Origin: Haliotis cracherodii
Taxonomy: Eukaryota
Reading direction: 5' to 3'
Length of the DNA stretch: 64,000 bases
NCBI RefSeq assembly: GCF_022045235.1
Contig: NW_027266264.1
Location: forward strand, 64,294,001-64,358,000
The notes under the pieces were generated by a model. That model saw nothing but the letters and a program-made list of their open reading frames with translations, searched no databases and was not told where the DNA came from. This document shows, in pieces, positions 49,799 through 62,245 of the stretch (positions are counted from its first letter, which is position 1; every line of letters begins with the position of its first letter). The translations under genes and the position numbers were made by a program.

Positions 49799-49958
49799 CA
49801 GTAAACTCCGGTTATAACGAACACGCGGATATAACGAACTTACTTTTTAGTCCCGACTATTTGCTGTAGTTATGCTGTATATATGCTTATAACGAACTAC
49901 GGTTATAACGAACTAAAAATAGTAGTCCCCTTGAGTTCGTTATAACCGTATTTTACAG
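49799..49958. mobile_element. 160-bp MITE (pogo/Tigger-type Tc1/mariner)
   Basis: TA TSD; TIRs CAGTAAACTCCGGTTATAACGAAC / GTTCGTTATAACCGTATTTTACAG; internal TATAACGAAC repeats. Confidence 0.85.
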
Positions 49959-50127
49959 TATGTGTCCAATCAATCAACGCACAATTGTAGAGAAATCATT
50001 GAAATACAAAATAGACCTTCTTATGTACATAATAACATAACATAACATAATTAACAGGGATCAAAATCAGATATTGACGTATGTGTCGAAATGATTATGC
50101 AAAGAAAATTAATCGTTGTGAGAGAGT

Positions 50128-50301
50128 GGGAGTGAGTGTGTGTATTTTTGTTCGCCGCTTTTAACAATATTTCAGCAATATCAAGGCGAAGGACACAAGA
50201 AATGGGCTTCACACATTGTACCCATGTGAGGAATAGAACCCCGGTCTTTAGCCACTAGGCCAGTGGGCTACCACACCGCCACTAGGCTACCCTACCGCCC
50301 C
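50128..50301 (-). mobile_element. SINE family A next to a (GAGT)n tract
   Basis: AAATGGGCTTCACACATTGTACCCATGTG core; duplicated CCACTAGGC..CTACC..ACCGCC head segment. Confidence 0.85.
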
Positions 50302-51367
50302 TGTGAGAGTGAATGAGTGAGTGAGTCGGTGAGTGAGTGAGTGAAGGACATCTACCCGTAATGCGCACTGTTAAATCATTACGATTATAATGAACTGTGT
50401 ACACTTGAATCAGTGTGACCCCTGGTATGAATTAAAAATCACTTGTCATAGATCATCATAAATATAACGTACTATAAACAATGTATCCTAAAAGTAATAT
50501 ATATGATACATATGGCTACAACATGTACGAAGTGCTCAGTAGTACCCTCAGCAGGACGTCCTTGCAATAACTCAAAGTCAAAGGATCTCAACAGTAACCG
50601 TGCAATCTCAAACAAAGGTATAAACAGCAAGGAACATACACTGATCGACAATGGTACCTCTGTAATTAAATGCTAATGATTTATGTTCCAATTTCTTTCT
50701 TTCCCTTGGTGTACGGGTCAAAGCACTCTCATCACTGTAATAAATTCAATAATATGACCCAGAAAGTGCCCCAGTTACCCCTTCCTGTCGGTTCGAGCAT
50801 CACAGTACAACACAAGCAGGTCGATGCACCGTCCTACCCTCATCTCAACCCACACAGTGTAGAACAGGGAGATACTGGTGCCTCGTTAGCGGAATAATAT
50901 AGGGATTGTTTCACCATATTCCCACTTAGCAGGCAGGTCGAGAAATATGAGAAATATTTCTGACATTTTAAAGCTATTAATAAAGGAATGCGTTTCAAAT
51001 TTACTTTGACATTAGTATGATATATAGGAGAAGAATAAGGTTACCATGATACCTCAAACGTGGGTGTATCAATGGGTAATCTTCAACTCAGATAATATGC
51101 CCAACAAACCATGTGTGAGTCCTATAGACGCCCGCCTGAGCAGGATACATACATGAATCATTGTCTAAACACATGTGTACGTAGTGTATCATAGAGTCAG
51201 AAGATGATATTTTTTTCCTGTGATGACGACAGCTTGAGACATCTGTTTGAAGATCGGGCGGTGGGCTTGTCTGGAGGCAAAAGAGTTGGCTCTTCACACT
51301 GAGAACTTGAATTCGAAACAAATGAACAAGACTATACATTTGATATTAATGATCAGCTTTCACACAT

Positions 51368-51515
51368 GAGTGAGTGAGTATGGTTTTACGCCGTTTTTAG
51401 CAATATTCCAGCAATATCACGGCGGGGGACACCAGAAATGGGCTTCACACATTGTACCCATATTGCTGGAATATTGCTAAAAGCGACGTAAAACCATACT
51501 CACTCACTCACTCAC
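51368..51515. mobile_element. Foldback SINE family A derivative with two inverted 3' tails
   Basis: ~50-bp inverted arms at 51368-51417 and 51460-51509; flanking direct repeat ACACATGA. Confidence 0.88.
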
Positions 51516-51825
51516 TTAACACATGAATCATCTTTGAAACAGTTTTAAAGGCAGGAGTTATCACAGAGATTATTGCATCACACTTCGATTGTGTTAGTCT
51601 CCATGACACCCTCGTAAATCAAGGTTTCAGCAGACTCAATTCGCAATCAGAACTAATATTTCTAAAGCAAAAGACAAAGTAAATGCCATAAACAGGAGCA
51701 GAAACTATATATTGCGCATTTATGAAGAACCAAAACCATGTACGTAAATAACGATTTTTTTTATTAAGGCACCGTTAAGTTTGGCGACCAGTGTGTACAA
51801 TGCATTATCTATGAAATTTCACGAT

Positions 51826-51955
51826 TGAGTGAGTGAGGTTTAAGCCGCTTTGGGCAACATTCCAGGCATATGCCGCTGGGGATAACACGTTTGCTGGTGT
51901 GGGAACCAGGGTCTTCGATATGACAGAGCAGCCTTCCAACAACAAGGCTACTACG
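51826..51955 (-). mobile_element. SINE family A, diverged
   Basis: GAGTGAGTGAGGTTTAAGCCGCTTT..CAACATTCCAG..GAACCAGGGTCTTCG..AGGCTAC. Confidence 0.6.
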
Positions 51956-52064
51956 TCTTCAGTAATTTATTCTGGATCAGGCAAACCTGTTACTGAAAAT
52001 GCAGACCATCGTCGGTTCTTGGACCTATTCCTAATCGGGTTCTGGCGCCAAGAAAACATGTACT

Positions 52065-52450
52065 CCTGATTCTAAGAAGATATAATACCCTGATATCAAG
52101 AAGACATATAATCCTAATATCAAAAAGCAATATACCACTAATATCATGAAGAGATATATCCCATATATCAAGAAGACATACATACATAATCATGATATCA
52201 AGAAGAGATATCTAATTATGTCAAGAAGAGATATAACCCTGGCGACAAGATAAGTTCTAACCCTGCTACCAAGAAGAAATATATCCCTGATATCAGGAAA
52301 ACATATCCACCTAATATCCCAAGAAGACATATTGATATAAAAAAAGAGATATAACCCTGATATCAAGAAACGTCTGGTACATGTATAAAGTAACCTGATA
52401 TCAAGAAGACATATTTAACCCGACATCAAGATGTACATGTATAATCCTGA
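52065..52450. repeat. Degenerate ~26-bp minisatellite
   Basis: Recurrent CCTGATATCAAGAAGACATATAA. Confidence 0.85.
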
Positions 52451-55400
52451 CGACGACGAAGAAGTTTCAGTGAAATGATTTCTAGTACGATTGTGAATGC
52501 TGTTACATAACAGTTAATTCTAAGCCACAAATATTTTTCTTCCTACTCTCTCCACTCAAAGATGTCCAGAGAACGTAACATGCAATACAATTTGCCACAG
52601 TCGATTTCTTATGTGGGATATTTTCAATTAAAATTCCAAACGACTCAGATGCTTTTTATCTGTTTACAGTGATCGTATATTGTGGATAAGGCAAATTATA
52701 CCCCAGTTAGTGTCCCATATCTCGTGGGTAATTGGATGTACTTAATCGGCAACTGAGGGACATACACAAAGGGTACGAACGCAATAAAGTGCGCCTAATG
52801 TCTTGAATATCAGTGCTTCAGGCGGAATGAGTCATTTTCCATTTGGTAGCATTCTGTAGCTTCTTATATTTCCTAAATGAATCAATTATCTGGTAGTTAA
52901 ATGAACTTCAAAACACCAGGCGCAGTCACTTCGTAGGATGTCAGCATAGAATGCGAGTGTAGGATGTCAACCTTGGACATAACGAATTGTGGTATTTTGT
53001 GATGTACAGGGTTCTGGAGAGTACTCGTGATCATGGCGTTGCATAACATACAGTGGACAGGAGATTGTGTTTGTGGCCTTCATGGTACATGAGGTTACTT
53101 GGGATCAGGGCCATACAGGATGTACAATAGCCTAGAGATGTTTCATGACGTGAAGGTGATTGACTATTGAGAAGATGCATAACATACATTAGGTTTCACA
53201 TCGTAATGTTTTCTTACATACACGACAACATGAATGTGGATAGGCCATGCGTCTAATGATAAGCATAACACACCGATTGTGAAATAACTTACGATAACAA
53301 CCAACTTAAAATACCGCAGTACTAAGACAGGTGATGTTAATGTTACGCTTCTTTTAGCGAGTAAAGAAAACTAAATACCGCTTACAATTCAAACTTGAAT
53401 GAATCGTGCGAAAAACCGATTTGAGTTATGCTTTATGCAAGTAGATGGTGAAAAGTTTCAAGCAGTCATGACAGTCTCAAGTGAGGTATAGACTATATGG
53501 GGCATTTTGCACCGATGCCCTCTAAGATTCCTTACACGTGGCAACAAATAAAAGCCCAAACAAGCTCTATGTTGTCTTGTACCTCCCAAGTGTTGTGAAA
53601 ACAGTGCCAATTTCTATTCTTCTTTTTCATGCCATGCACTTAACCATTCATAGGAAACCATCAAAATATTTACAGGATGTAGACATAAAAGGAGTCTATC
53701 TCTGCAAAGATGTGCAATATCCCATCATCTAGACTATGAGGGAGACAAGATGGAGATAGTGCCGTGTTTATCAGTAAACACAGGCACGGCATAGTCGGTG
53801 TAAACATGGACGAGTCTCACCTCCTCCAGTGAAGAGCGACACCCACTTTAGGAATATGGCTCTGACTTCACCCAGGGGAATATAGAGAAATATGTACCGA
53901 GAACCAAGAAAGTACGTATCTTATACTGAAGGTTATAACCTTAAAAAGAGGGAATCAGCATCAGAATCAGAATGTTTGTAAAGGTATCATCTATGTTAAG
54001 CTGCTGACCAGAATAACACTTTGATGTTCAATTATGTTTTCTAATCCAATACGAAACTACAAAAACAAGAGGCATAATAATATTATAACACACTTGATAT
54101 TGATAAAATGTTTAGTTGAATCTGCTATGTTTTGGTATTTATGTGTTTCAGTAGGTATGGAGTGTGAAGTTAACCACCCTGGTGAACAAAACGGATATGA
54201 AGTTTTGATCAAATTCGAAACAAAATAGCCTCTAACCTATGCGGCTGTAATGTAATGGCATGCGTAAGTAAGTATTGAAGGAAAACACAATGTCCTGTCC
54301 ACATACATACAGACTATGGTACTGTCTCACTACACTCTCAAATGCAAGCTACTCTGGATGAAACGAACGACAAGAAACCCTTTGTTGGTTCTCAAAAAAG
54401 GACATAACTATTCACAAGACTAATGGCTTTATCTTTTACTCTCTCCCCCCTCTCTCTTTTTCTCTCTCTCCCTCTTTCCCTTCTGTAATGATTTTGTAAT
54501 AACATCTATGCGTTATGGAGACGACAATGTGTCCGATCCATTTGCATTTTTACAAAATAAAATGTTTCATTTACTAATCGCTGATGAGAAGTTGACCTCG
54601 TCATATCCGATTTTCGACAATTGGATTCGACATTTCGACATATATTTAGTTGGTTGACACAATGGTGTTCCCAAAGCCTTTGTCAGAAACCACCAATTTG
54701 TATTGGTTCTGGCGTCTTCATACATTGATGGGTGTTACCGACATATACTATCCTGTCGACAGACAACATTGCATAGAGTTCACACATACCACAATCTCAC
54801 TCATAGGTCTTCATTACTGGATGTGCATTTTCCTAAACAACTAAAACATAGTACTGGTACAGCGTCATTCGAAACTACCTTATATTACCCGAGTAATCTT
54901 CCACTCTCTTTACGTCCTTTCGTACCCAGCAACAAGCTGCATATGTGACAGTTCTGTCAACTGAATTCATTTGACAAGTATTATTCAGCGAAGAAAGGAT
55001 TGACCTTCCTGTTTCAATTTCCTTTCTATTTTTTCAGTGTGAAGTTTCGGGAAAGATGATTCTTTTGTTTAGGCAAGCAGGCAAATGTAGCACTGTAAGA
55101 ATAAAAAGAATATACGAAACGTTGGAAATACCAATACATAGGCACCAGATCATGTCCCGAAATGTCGCAGTGAAGGAATAGAGAAGTTAAAATCCAAAAG
55201 TGACATCTTTGTTACTGTATCTTCGACATACCATCTACATTAGATAATGAGGTTAACATCAGCCTGCTTGATATTCTCTAAGCCGGCAAGTATAATTTTA
55301 AATATGCCTTCTTGCGTCTTCGTCTTGTGTAGCAAGTGCTAAATAATACATGTCTTGTGGATACGGCCTTAATGCACATATTGCTGCGTACGGCGTTAAA

Positions 55401-57180
55401 CAACAAACAAACACATTACACACCCATGTACATGGTAGTTACCTAAATGTAATTCAGTCCCAAAGTAATATCGATAAAAAAGTGCCAAAGTTTGCAAAAA
55501 TGGTACTTAGAAATGTATGTAACTCGTAGAATTTGCGGTGTCCTGTCGTACTGATGGCACCATGTGTTCGCAACCTGTGGGGTTGTCTTCTTACCGATGA
55601 CACCAGGTTTCCGCAACACTGGGGTGTTCTGTTGTACTGGTGACTCCATCAGAAAATGTTCGAGAAAACGGGGAACATTTTCTAGCTTATCGATAGCACC
55701 AGTTGCCAGCCTATAAAACGAGTAGCAAACATTGACATACGTAAAATATATATCATTAATGTACATTCCCTGTGTGCTCACCAACAGCTGTTGGGCTAAG
55801 CTAGTGACTTTAACAAGGCTCAAACCAAGAGCTGTCACCGTTTCAGATAAGCCCCAAGATCAGACAAGATCAGGCCAACAGCCTCTGGTTAAACATAATA
55901 AACAGAAATGCTTGCCATTGTAAATGTCTGTCTGAATCAGCTTTTTCCCTACTGCAAATGTACTGTTTTACAAAGAAATGCCCTTTTTATGCCCCGTTTC
56001 CCTCTTCGCCAACTCTTTAGAAGGGCTATACGAGGAGAGAAATAACTAACCCATGCGAAATCAATACTGGCTTGTTTTAGTATCCTAGTCTGCTTCAAAG
56101 TGTGTGTTTTGTTTTGGCTTTGAGGACTCAGGTCTGTCATGACACAAGCCAATTAAACAGTACTTCTGTGGTCCCACTTCTGTTATGAAAGAAAGAACAT
56201 AGTGCAACGCAAGTGAGTGAACCAATTAAAGCAGACCCCCAAAGGCGACACTGCGTGGATATACGAATACGTTAGTAATAAAAACAAAAATGATTCATTT
56301 CCAAACAGAATATTAATTAGTTTCGTTTAACATTAACTGATCATTTTTGTATAATCATATTATTACGGAGTATTAATCTCGAGCAATTATGATACCATAA
56401 AATATGTTGGTAGTATTGATACACCTTTGTCATCCAGTAATTCATGTATTACAGTTTCGATTTCTTTCCATGCAACACAAGCTGTCTAATGAGCTACAGA
56501 TACAATAGAGCAGTAAAAGCGTTCGTCCAGCCACTTACAACGGGACCATACGTGCGATCATGACCTTAGTCGACCGTTTACGTCAGTAAAAAACGGGGAT
56601 TATAAGGCAAGAGATGGATAGTGGTCCACACACCCACTTCCTTTCACAATAAAATCACTATAGAAGTAACTAAGTCACGCAATAGCATGAGCCAAAAAAG
56701 TACCCTGGTGGATCTTCCCGACAAGAAGGCTAGGCTGATAATGAACTCAATTTGAAAGCCATCTATTTTTGTAACCCTATACATTTGCAATGTGTTCATG
56801 TGTATATCATAAATAATTTATATTTTAACTGATAATGTGGTTGCAATTACATGATTACATTTTATTTGAAACATGCAAGTTTCAACACACTGGCTTTAGC
56901 AGATACAGGATGGATTTGAATTTGATGTGTATTTCACAAATAACAGTGTCGTTTTCGCAACAGGACCTACATCATTCCATCAGAAGTCGTTGCCGAGGGT
57001 TAGTCTGTTTAGGGGAATATGCAGGAAAGATGTAACGGATATATGGCATAACAAGTTAAATATTGTAGGTTAACATTGACAGTGCGGCCACTTGATGAGA
57101 TCAACATATTTCCTGTGACCATCCACTTTACCTCAATAAGGACAAAACAGATTGGACAATATTGGATAGAATGATATCTG

Positions 57181-57194
57181 GTTGCCATGGCAAC
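57181..57194. promoter_or_regulatory. Perfect palindromic RFX X-box
   Basis: GTTGCCATGGCAAC; ATTGG (reverse CCAAT) motifs nearby at ~57151, 57161 and 57208. Confidence 0.5.
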
Positions 57195-60100
57195 CTAGGG
57201 ACACCTATTGGACAAACTCGCCTTTGTGATAACGATAGTTCGAGATGACGACATCTGTAAATCACATCAAAATCGTCCTTCCTATTTATCATGTGATGCA
57301 TATGTGGGGAAGGAACGTGCTATTAATGATGACATCAGAACATATATTACACAGAATGTGATCAATATTACTATGTAATTAGTTCCTTTTGATGTTACGA
57401 TACAGGAAAATAAGGTACACATGCACCAAACATCACATACAAAGAAATTGTAATTGATCATAATTCGATCACCATACACGACAATTTACACACATGTTAA
57501 ATTCTTCACACTAAACGGATATGGAGTTATACATTATCGATAAACCTAAGCGAAAACACAGAGGCGCAGAGGCAAGTTAGTAAGAAACACTTATACTTGG
57601 TACTTAAGTGTACTTTATGTTGTCATGTTGGATTATGGGACAAAAAGGATGACGAAGAACATTTCTTCTGCTGAAACTGTATATCAGGTGGCATTAAGCC
57701 CACATGAACGACGATGTTCCCGATTAATAAAGGACGGAAAGTCCAACATGGCGCACATCAAAGACTTGGTTAATCTTAGATATTACCATATGCCATCCGG
57801 CGACTTAGCATGGTTAATGGTTCTAGTATAGCCATAAAATGTAGTTAATAACAGAAACTGCTCAAGGGGAGGTCTGAACTTCATTCTGCACCCTACTTTG
57901 TAACTCTTTTGATACGTGGCCGTGAGTTGGGTATTTGGTGACCCTTGTAAACCATTTTGAAAGTAAAACATAAAACTGTATAAAGCTTTTGCTAATTCCA
58001 CGGATTAGATGCTGGAACCATGAAATAAACCCTTTACAGAGTGCCATGGCTCATTTAGAGAACGGAAATACAGTTCTACGTGGAACAATAATAATTTGTT
58101 AAAGGAAAAACCAAACAGACATCACAAGCATTTGGAAAATACGGGAACTACACCATGCTACAGTTTATTGAGATAAGAATAGACAAGCTGTTCAAAGAAT
58201 TGACACCAAGTAGATTGTTTGGGTATTATTCTACCGCCTCTGATCCTCTTTAACCACTTTAAGGTTAGGCTCCAACGCTCCATTGCCAGATGGTGTTAAC
58301 GTCTTTAGTGAAGCAAATTACAGCCTGACCGTATCGCCTGAAGGTCATGACCTTTTACTGGACGGTTCGAAATGGGTCATTTTCGTTAAAGGTCATGTGA
58401 ATATTCTTATCAAAGTACATGTCTTGTTATAGTACTGATTGTAATATCTATGTTCTTGGAGAATCTAAGCGGTCACGGAGCTTGTTCCTTCACCTTTCAT
58501 CAAAGTTGTTCTATCAGTGAAAATGACAGGGGCGCTCTCAACAGTGCCAGATTAACAGACAAAGGTCTTGCAACAGCTTGCATTCTCAACTATTGAATCC
58601 ATATCTGGATGAATTAGAAACATTTTTTTCACAAGGCATGATAATCATTTTATTTGTTAGTTCGTATTAAAGACAATAGAAACAAGATCATCAAGAAAAG
58701 CAATAATTGGTTTTAAGCAGAGTATTCAATTTTATGAAACTTTATATGGATTAATTTCAATAACAAAATCCAAATCTGTGTTTTGTGTGTGAATCACATC
58801 TTATTACAGCGATGAAGTAATCATGTGAAAGGTGATGTGTTCTCTCTCTAAGGGTAAAGCTGCAGCAAATCTGACGCACGTCTCGAAACCCCCATTGACT
58901 TGAGCGAATGCATCATCTAATACTATTTACCCCGAGGCAAATGACACGTTAAGAGGCAATTATAACAATTGACAAGTTCGAAATCGCCCCAGGTGAGCAC
59001 TGATATTGTCGAGTGCGATCCAAGGGGAGCAACTCTATTTCATAGCTAACAAATTTGGATATAAAGAAGTGAAAACCTATTTTCAGTTTACGTCATTTCA
59101 ACGATCGGAAGGGAACGGAAGGCTTAAGATATTTTGTTCATGGCTGTAGTAACTTTCTTTCAAGATTACCGGAAAATTCTTTTTTTTTTGTCTCAACGTA
59201 TCCATTAGAAAAGTGGTCACGTGATATCCTGTTGTGATTTATCCAATGAGAAGCATCTCGGTCTCTTTCACTTGGAATGTTCAGCACTGCGTGACCCTTA
59301 ACTGGTCGGTATTCACCAGTGAAGAAAACACAGGAAGAAATATTCACCAATGTATTTGAAACAGAATCGAATATATAATATCCAACAGTAGATTTATAGC
59401 AGATATAATACCATATTTACCGGGAGATTTGAACCCGAAATGGGATAGTATTCATTGTCGAATATGAAGGTGTATGATGCAATATGTACCAGTAGATAAG
59501 AAGCAGATATTATGTTATATTCACTAGTGGTTTGAAGCAGATATGACACAATATTCACAAGAACCCAGGCATCTGTAGGAAGCAACACCTGGTGCTCTGG
59601 TTAGGAAATTTCCTCTGAAATATAATATCCTGTGTTGGGTCACTTTATTGCTCTCACATATGATTTACTTTTCCATGACAGATCAAGGTGATACTGCAGG
59701 CGAGATATTGATGACTATTGATTCAATGCACAGATGGGCTGTGCATTAACGACTACAACAACTGTAGGTTGTAGTGAAGCCAGCTGTAAGGGAAGGAAGT
59801 CTGCCTTCACTGGCACTATAGTTTCCCCATCTCATGAGAATACATCGACGGTGCGCAGGTAGTAAAACAAAAGCAGCGGCAGTAAAATGTAAATACCTGC
59901 GCATGATTAATGACTCGTCGGAATAGGATATGGGTGGTATCTGAAGAAAAAAAATACTTGGATGTGAATGTATTTTGCTTTTGATGATGATAGCTTGATA
60001 TAAAATACCTTAGGACATTAAACCGATTTTCGGCATGGTTTGATCGAGCTGATACATTTATGTAAATAGGTAAGTAGGTCCATGCATGTGAATCAATATA

Positions 60101-62189
60101 TCAATTTGTGCGAAGCATTTGACATTGCCTTTGATTGGTAAATCTATCTTAATAACCTTATGATTGGTACTCAAAGACACAGTTGTGATATCGTGTCATA
60201 GTGTATCAACTAGTCCTTATATTTGTTATTATCATTAAAAGCCCCCAAACACAAAAACTTTATTAACTCATTTTTAAGGTTTTCATGATCATGAAGTTCT
60301 CGAACGTCCAAAATCTGTAAAAACAAGATGTCAAAACTACATATGTTTCGTTCGGGAAAATCGTCGAAATGTGTTAATATTAAACAAGGGAGATGGTTCT
60401 ATAGATATACAACTTCTTTATTACAATTAATAAGACGTTTCTGTTTTGATACTAATACCGTTAACAAGCACTTGCCCAAGAAACAGCTTTGGACAGTGGG
60501 TCAAATGTGGATGATGTTATGAAACTTCAATATAATTCATTATGAGTTGTTTGACTGTCATAAGACCGACATCACGAACGCATCTGACATTAACAGCAGA
60601 ACTGATGTGACATCTCATCTTTACATGACTCAGACACGCTGCTACAAATGAAAAGTTGTATACAGAGTTTGTACAGATTGTATACCTTTGAAAAGATTTA
60701 ATAAATCGCTTGCTTGTTAGATGTCCCTTCGAACAGCTATATGGAAAAAGACAGATCTATACTACCAAGAGCTGTCTGGTCAAAATGGAAAGCAAACACG
60801 GACTCGACAGAGGGTGAACACAAAGCGTGAGAGTAGCAGTGCCCCTTCATTGATTGGTTCCAAGTCGCCATTCAAATCTTCTAGCCATGGGTTAATACCA
60901 AACACTAGACCGGCAAAGGCCGACCTTGTCGTTTTATTCAACGTAGTTCTGTTTGCACAGTCTTTGTTAGGGTAAATCTATCGTGAAACGTACTCCCAAT
61001 CGAAACACCTAGAGCCCGTTTGCTAAGTTCCACATTGAGGGAGATCAATTCACACCGACATTTATGACGTGCTATCTTCTTAAGAATATATGGATGGACA
61101 CGTGTACGAGGTCTAAGGGATTGATACTGGAACCGTGGTCAATGTCTAAGTTTTTGGTTATCAGGTTTCCAACGAGACAACCGTAATTCGAATCAAGATG
61201 AGTTCATATATAAGGATGCTGAAGAAAAATGTACTCAGACCATATCACCTCAGGCAAACATCGAGACAAGGGACTGGTAATTTATTAAAGGGAGGGGTGT
61301 CATGAAAACATTACACAGTTCTATTTTTTCAAATATACAATATGTAAATGTTAACATTATTTTGGGACATAAACTTTATTATAAAGTGTTATTTTTATAT
61401 CCATGTGTAGGAATGGAGTTGCATGCTTTGGATAGAGGTTAACACAACGTAAAGGATACACATTCTGTCCAATGGAGATTCGAATTCAAAATCTAACCCG
61501 AATAGCGAACATGCTAATCGCTAGTCTACCCTTAACCCATGTTGAACTGAGAAATAGTTTTGTACGAGCAGTATCAAAACCGTGAAGCAATTTAATGATA
61601 AAACATAGCCATGTATATCATACGATAGTCGTCAAAGTGCATCCAATTACGTTGTTTTTTTCATTTAACATATAATCCTCTAAGTAGTGTAAAAATGACA
61701 TGATTCATAATAAACCTCATTTTATGATAGCATATAGAAATTATTCCCAAATATCCCAAAACAAAAAATAGAAGTTAATATTGTTGTTTAGGTATACTGC
61801 TCTTTAAATCAAAGTAATTCTTTATTTTATGGGTGGTTCAATGCCATAAAATAAAAATTACAGTACTTTGGTAGGGCGTAGATGCCACCATGATTTACAA
61901 CGATTCTTGCTCATATTCTCAAATATGAGAGACTTACCCTAAGACTCAATTGGTCGCCAATATTTGCACGAAAGAAACATTTGTCGATTTGAAAAATTCA
62001 CTTAAGTAGTTTTATAGATCCGCTAGAATTTTTATTTTCCCATTATCTCCCAGAAAATTACTGTATCCAGCCGTAATCAAAGAGTTCCTTTCGTGCTGCT
62101 GGCAAATAAAACGAGCAGGCTGCGTGAGGCGGGATTCCGTGTTCGCTTCAGCTGATCTGGTTCATATTTTGTACAAGAAGACTGACACC

Positions 62190-62245
62190 ATGGCGAGCGT
62201 GAAGTCGTTATTCTATGAGTGTAGGAATCCTGATCGCTGTTGGCG
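62190..62245 (+). other. Candidate first coding exon of an unidentified divergent gene
   Basis: CpG-rich patch, Kozak-like ACACCATGG, MASVKSLFYECRNPDRCW, donor GCG|GTAAGC; no homology recognised. Confidence 0.25.

Noticed and set aside
54575-55210. Hammerhead ribozyme candidates (CTGATGAG at 54581; CGAAAC near 55115)
   Set aside because: Could not build stems I-III around a CUGANGA/GAAA core; at most a decayed Penelope-like terminus.
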